A DNA stretch of 64,000 nucleotides, from positions 23,498,001 through 23,562,000 of the forward strand of contig CM069140.1 in the NCBI GenBank assembly GCA_035221665.1. Reading direction: 5' to 3'. The stretch's first letter is position 1. Each line of letters begins with the position of its first letter. Both the position numbers and the translations under genes were made by a program. Under the pieces are notes generated by a model. It did no database searches, was not told the origin of the DNA, and saw only the letters and a list, made by a program, of their open reading frames with translations. Shown in pieces: positions 58,321 through 64,000 of the stretch. This DNA is from Okamejei kenojei. Lineage: Eukaryota.

Positions 58321-59786
58321 TAGACCGTGGGCCGAGGTGCTTTTTCGTTCCATTTCATGACCCAAATCACGTATCTACCTGTATTTATAACGTATTGTGT
58401 AAAAATATTATAGAAATCATACCTGAAACTCGTCAAGAACAAACCCTGCATATATTTTTAAAATATGAGAAAAACCTCCAATTTTCCAAGCAGTAAATTG
58501 TCCAATCAATGCACATTTGACATTGAGTCGGACGCCAATCAAGCGCTTTGTTTCATGCTAGCTAGGTAGCGAGCACACTGGGATCATGGCTGCCTCCTAA
58601 TAACATCACAACATTAGCAAGGTTTTGAAGGACGAAAGGTAATGTTAACATTTTGTTTTACAACCGATTTATCTTTGTAAAGTTATGATGTTGTGAACTG
58701 TGAAATAAAAATGATAAATAAAAATGTAGAGCTAGGGTCAAGGTTAGGGCAGCAGCCGTCAACCTACAGCCCACAGGACAGATCCCGCCCGAAAACATCC
58801 AGCCCGCAAGCTTATTTTTTTCTGAGGACTTCCGTGACGGAGTCGGCACTCTGGGGGTGCTGAAGACGGCCCTGGGCCAGGCAGCAGGGGGGAAGAGAGG
58901 GGGTCAGTCAATCGGTCGGGCTGTCGGCCGGCCGCTGGGTGCTGTGAGGGTCGGTCGGGCTGTCGGCTGGCCAGTGTTGCAGCGAGCGATCGGGCGGACT
59001 GACGGAGCTGGTGCTATAGGGGTGCTGACGGCAGCCCGGGCGGCGTGCAGGGCAGTGCTGCTCCCCACCATGTTGACATTCGGTGTAATCGTGGCGTCGG
59101 GTGGGCTGCTGCTGATGATCCAGAAGGGCATGCTGACCGAGGTGGACGCGCTGAGTGGCCATACGTACGGAGCTCGCAACCTGCCCCAAAGCGGCTCCAG
59201 CTACAGCCGTGGGCAGCTCCGTAAAGGGGGGGGTTAGGGTGAGTATTTTCCTCTCAGTGGAAGTAGCCTTAGCCTTCCCCCAGCCTGGCACTGCCCCAGT
59301 CCCACTATGGCCGTGACCATCACTCTGCACATTGACAGTCAGTGGGTTCAGTAAACTGGAGAATGCACAGGATCTGCCTCACCCATTAATTAGGCGGGTT
59401 CAGGAGCCGGTGAAACCCGGGACCTCTGCGGCAGTTCCGTATGCAATGTTCCCATATACAGCTATATATTATTGAGCACAAGAGGGCGCTGTTACTTTTT
59501 CTAATTAGCTTAATTAATTAGTGTGCAACATTTTGCACTGACGAGTTATGAATTCCTTATCAATAGGAATACAAAAAGGCTGGAGGAAGGCAGCATCTGC
59601 TTTACCCGCTGTGTTGCTCCAGCCTTTTTGTCTACCTTCGATTTTTCCAGCATCTGCAGTTCTTTCTTAAACAATTCCTTATCAATGATGTTTTATCTAA
59701 ATCTGTGCCAAATTTCAAGTAGATACCAGACATGGGTCACGAAAGTTAAAATCTAGAGCCCTTTTGGCACGTCGACCCACAGCCTA
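58321..59786. mobile_element. Academ-like non-autonomous DNA transposon carrying a CHST14-like fragment
   Basis: TAG...CTA ends, imperfect TIRs (16/20 at termini plus matching subterminal blocks), CGA/TGA 3-bp flanks. Confidence 0.72.
59031..59153 (+). pseudogene. Fragment similar to the CHST14 (dermatan 4-O-sulfotransferase) N-terminal signal-anchor
   Basis: VLLPTMLTFGVIVASGGLLLMIQKGMLTEVDAL vs recalled human CHST14 [33 protein letters not shown]; no sulfotransferase domain follows. Confidence 0.7.
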
Positions 59787-60289
59787 TGATAATCTTCCTC
59801 TGTGCAAGAGAACTGTTAAGGGTCTGTCCCACTTATGCGACTTTTTAGGCGAGTGCAGGAGACTCTACGCTTGCCTCATGATTGCCACATGGTCGCTGGT
59901 GGTCTCTGGTGAGTCTCCTTCATGGTCGCGAAGAGTTCCCGCAATCTGGGAACTAGTCGCAGCCACAGTATGGTCGCCGAAAAACTTTCAATGTTGAAAC
60001 ATTTTCTGCGACCAAAAATTAGTCCCCATGGAGGAAATCGATAATCCTGCAGTCGTAGGTGAAGTTGTAGTGGGGGTCGCCATGTAGTTATGGGTAGTTG
60101 AGGAATTCGTAGGTAGATTTAGTTAATCGCCTTTGCTGACCGGGCACTTTCATTGGCTCATGGGGGAAAAATAAAACGCAGGCATGAGTTTTCAGAACCA
60201 AGGAAAACCGACTGGTAATGTTAAATGCCCGGCGAACTTCACAGCTGTGTATCTCTGGCTTATTAAAAGTTGTCTGGTTTCTTGTCAAC

Positions 60290-61205
60290 TCAAGTCAAGT
60301 CACATTTATTTATATAGCGCATTTAAACAACAACTCTCGTTGACCAAAGTGCTTTACATTTGTTATAAGAGTAATATACACAAGCAGGCTACATACATAT
60401 ATACAAATAGCCCTCACTCAGAGGACGTCAGGAAAGGCTTGGGAGAACAGATACGTTTTTAGACTAGACTTAAAGGAGTCGATGGAGGGGGCAGTTCTAA
60501 TGGGGAGGGGATGCTGTTCCACAGTCTAGGAGCTGCGACCGCAAAGGCGCGGTCGCCCCTGAGCTTATGCCTAGACCGCGGGACATTCAGCAACCCCAAG
60601 TCGGCCGATCTGAGGGACCTGGAGGTGGTGTAGTGGGTGAGAAGACTTTTAATGTAGGTGGGTGCAAGCCCATTGAGGGCTTTGTAGACAAAGAGGAGGG
60701 TCTTGAAATTAATTCGGAACCGCACAGGGAGCCAGTGGAGAGGGGCCAGGATCGGGGTGATGTGGTCCCTTTTTCGGGTGCCCGTCAGGAGTCTCGCTGC
60801 GGCGTTTTGGACCAGTTGCAGGCGGGACAGGGAAGATTGGCTGATGCCAGTGTAAAGGGAGTTGCAGTAATCTAGGCGGGAGGAGATAAATGTATGGATG
60901 ATCATTTCGAGGTCATCAAACTGGAGGAATTGTTTTATTTTAGCTATCATCCGAAGCTGGAAGAAGCTAGCTTTTACCACGGCATTGACTTGTTCGTCAT
61001 ACTTCAGTGCTGAGTCAAATATCACGCCAAGATTTTTGACGTGAGGTTTGAGTAGTGAGGTAAAGCTTCCAAGGCTGCCTGCTATCATTTTGATTGAGTC
61101 CGAGGGGCCGAGAAGGATGACCTCAGACTTACTCTCGTTTAGTTGGAAGAAGTTCTGGGCCATCCAGCACTTTATATCCTCAAGGCAGCGAGTAAGGTTA
61201 AGCAG
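60290..61205 (-). mobile_element. L2-clade LINE 3' fragment (RT C-terminus)
   Basis: ORF 60459..61163 FQLNESKSEV...SRLDYCNSL...LQLVQNAAARL...LHWLPV; (TTGAC)n-like tail. Confidence 0.9.
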
Positions 61206-61362
61206 ATTCTTAAAAGTGTCTCCACTCCTTCTACCCCCTTCCCCCTCTTTTAAAGGACTTACCGTACACTGTGCTAGCTGTCTTAACTGAGATCCCAGCA
61301 GAATATTGTCAGGTCAGCATCATTTAGGACTGAAATGGGGAGAAATCAAAGATACATTTTGA

Positions 61363-62205
61363 GGCAGCACAGTGGCGTAATGGTAGAGCTGCTGCCTTAC
61401 AGCGCAAGGAGACCGGGTTCGATCCTGCCTACGGTGCTGTCTGTACAGAGCTTGTACGTTCTCCCTGTGACCACCTGAGTTATCTTCGGTTCCTCCGATT
61501 TCCTCTCACACTTCAAAGATGTGCAGGTAAGAATCGGTAAAATTGTAAATTGTCCCTAGTGTGTAGGATAATGCTAGGGTAAGGGCATTGCTGGTCAGCA
61601 CAGGCTCGGTGGGCTGAAGGGCCTGTCTCCGCACTGTAGGATTGGCATTAGAATACCCACCAGCCCAAGACAACTCAAAACACATCCCCCAAATGGATGC
61701 CCGGTCCACTCGCTCTCAAGCTCATAGCTAACATGCCGCAGCCTCTGGTTACAAAAGTGGAATGCGGCGGCACCAGAACACTCTGTGTGATGCCCATCAG
61801 AGAGACTCATGTGAAAGGTGATGCGAGAAGGAAACAGAATTAAAATCAGTGGACTACCTCAATGAGAAATAGTATCCCTCTAGGCGGCAGTGACACAGCT
61901 GGTAGACCTGCGGCCTCACAGCACCAGAAACACGAGTTCGATAACGACCTTGAGTAATGTCTTTGTGGAGTTTGCATGATCTCCCTGTAACTACATGGAT
62001 TTCTTTTGGATGCTCCAGATTCCTCCCACATTCCAAAGGAGTGGGGGATTGTAGGTTAATTGGCTTCTGTAAATCGCACCAGTGTGTAGAGACTGGATGG
62101 GAAAGAGGGATAACGTGGAACTCGTGTGAACGGATAAGCGATAGTTGGTGAGGACTTGGTGGACCAAAGGACCTGTTTGCATGTTGTAACTCTAAACTAA
62201 ACTAA
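61363..62205 (+). mobile_element. Two tRNA-derived V-SINEs
   Basis: GGTTCGATCC B-box at about 61416; second head near 61880; (CTAAA)n tail. Confidence 0.8.
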
Positions 62206-64000
62206 AAGCAAAATAAACCTGATCTCCTGTCCCCAGGATAAGAGCACTTGCTAATGAACAGTGCCCGTCCATTTTTTTTTTTACAAATTGAAGAAATCAT
62301 TGTGCTCCTGTCTATTAAACTTTACTGGGGCTCTGAGGTCTGAGATACAAAGTGTAACTACATTGAACAGGACTCCATTAAAATAGGCTGTGAGCCAAAG
62401 TAATGACGTTTTATAAGAGTTTGGAAGATTCTTTGGCCTCCGGTTAGCAGCTGATGGATGTTGTTTAGTTATTACAAATCAGGGTGAGCTCAGCATTTAT
62501 GTGGATGGTTGCCGAGTTAGAAGATGCTGCAGCAACACATCCTCAGCATTCCTGTTGTAGTCAGTGGACTTCCGTCCCTCTGCCAGCCACAACGCGAGGA
62601 AGAGGGAGAATACACACATCCTCAATCCCCGGGGCTAGCGAGAGTCAGTCTGGAATAGTGTGTGCGTGTGCGTGTGTGTGTGTTCCGCTCTGACACTCGC
62701 CGCTCCTGTTCCTGGTTTTTCAGCGAATGTCGCTAACTTGACGGTCGCCGGCAGTCGGCTGAAAAATCGCCCAAGTGGGACAGGCCCATAACAATGTTAA
62801 TTTTAAGTATAGATGTTCTGAGAACTCTCTGTAACCTGAGGTTTCTGTAGGTCGGAAACACTGTCAGGTGAGATCGCTCTTATAACCATATAACCATATA
62901 ACAATTACAGCACGGAACAGGCCCTCTCGGCCCTTCCAGTCCGTGCCGACCATTTGTTTTCCCCTAGTCCCATCTAGGGTTGAGATAGCAAGGTTGCACA
63001 GGTAGATTAATTAGCTACAGATCAGCACAGATCAGTTAATTTTAGGTCTTAGTTAGAATTACTTAATTCGTACAGATCTGTACTATAGATTCAAAACATG
63101 CCGGAACATTGGAATTGCCAGACCAAAAGTTTCAACCTGCGTTCATGAGATATAGAAAGGCAGGGGGAAAAAGATAAGAAATTAAATTCACGGTTGGGAT
63201 ATGTGAAATTAAACTTTTACGAAAAAAGAGAAGAGACACTATAAACTTGAGGGCAGAATTTAAAAGGAAAAGAGAGATCTGGGACATACAAGCACTGTTC
63301 ATTGAATGGGTAGGGTAGGTTGAGAAAGTATGGAGGATCGTGGGCTTCATAAAGAGAGACATAGAATACAATAATAAGAAAATCATGATCCTTTATAAAC
63401 TTTGGTTTGGTCATATTTGGAGCATTCTTTCTGCTTCTGGGCCCTATTTAAGAAACGATGTAACATGCTTTTTAGTTGGCAAGGTAAAGATTTAGTAATA
63501 TTATTCCAGTAAAGAGGCATTTGTGTGGATATAATGGAGAAGCCGGTACTGTTCTCCAAAGAATTGGAGGTTGCCCCAGAATCTGAAAGAGATAGTTTTA
63601 GTCAGCCAGGTAGATAGAGAGAGACAGAATCAAGAACCAGAAAATCTAAATGAAGGTAATTGGCAACAGAACCGAATCAGATGTGAGGAAAAGCCTTTTT
63701 TACACAGTGTCTGGGTAAAAATGGGAGCTCACTGCCTGGGAAGGGAGGTTCAGAGTAGAATAGGATACGTGTATGAAAGGAAAGAACGTAGGGCTGTGGG
63801 GAGAGAGTGGGGTAGTGCTCCTACATAATGACTATGTGGATGTGATGCACACAATGACTTTCTTCTAAAAGTAAGAATGTAATTGCTCTATCTGGCACAT
63901 TTGACAATAAAACACTCTTGACTATACTATACCTATTCTGTGATAACTGGATATGAAAGCTTTGTGGTAACTAACTGTCAGGATTTTGCCTCAATTGAAT

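Noticed and set aside
58857-59237. 126-aa ORF as an intact CHST14 gene
   Set aside because: Similarity is limited to about 35-40 aa, with no sulfotransferase domain or proper start, and it lies inside TIRs
51773-64000. DOCK7 STGWE microexon, further DOCK7 exons and nested ANGPTL3
   Set aside because: No matching sequence found by eye; probably beyond the window end. CTCCCAGCC at about 51430 is on the wrong side of the exon

Overview
Vertebrate genomic DNA, most likely from a cartilaginous fish (skate/ray-like repeat landscape: V-domain tRNA SINEs, CR1, Penelope; inferred). I reconstructed three intron-containing genes by hand from splice sites and frame continuity. (1) The 5' nine coding exons of FIRRM/C1orf112 lie on the minus strand (12359 to 719, continuing out of the window); its first coding intron is a minor-spliceosome AT-AC intron. 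(2) A complete USP1 lies on the plus strand (8 coding exons, 22883-42382, 809 aa), head-to-head with FIRRM. (3) The last seven coding exons of DOCK7 lie on the minus strand (51772 to 44922), tail-to-tail with USP1. Introns hold CR1, L2, Rex/Babar, Penelope, SINE, Tc1, Harbinger, hAT, Helitron and Academ-like elements. Highlights are an Academ-like non-autonomous transposon carrying a CHST14-like gene fragment, a 31-bp palindrome with an 8-bp duplication resembling a P-element excision footprint, many Penelope hammerhead-ribozyme motifs, a retroviral PBS/leader/gag remnant, and a G-rich minisatellite in USP1 intron 1. Protein identities come from recalled similarity to mammalian orthologs, not from database searches.
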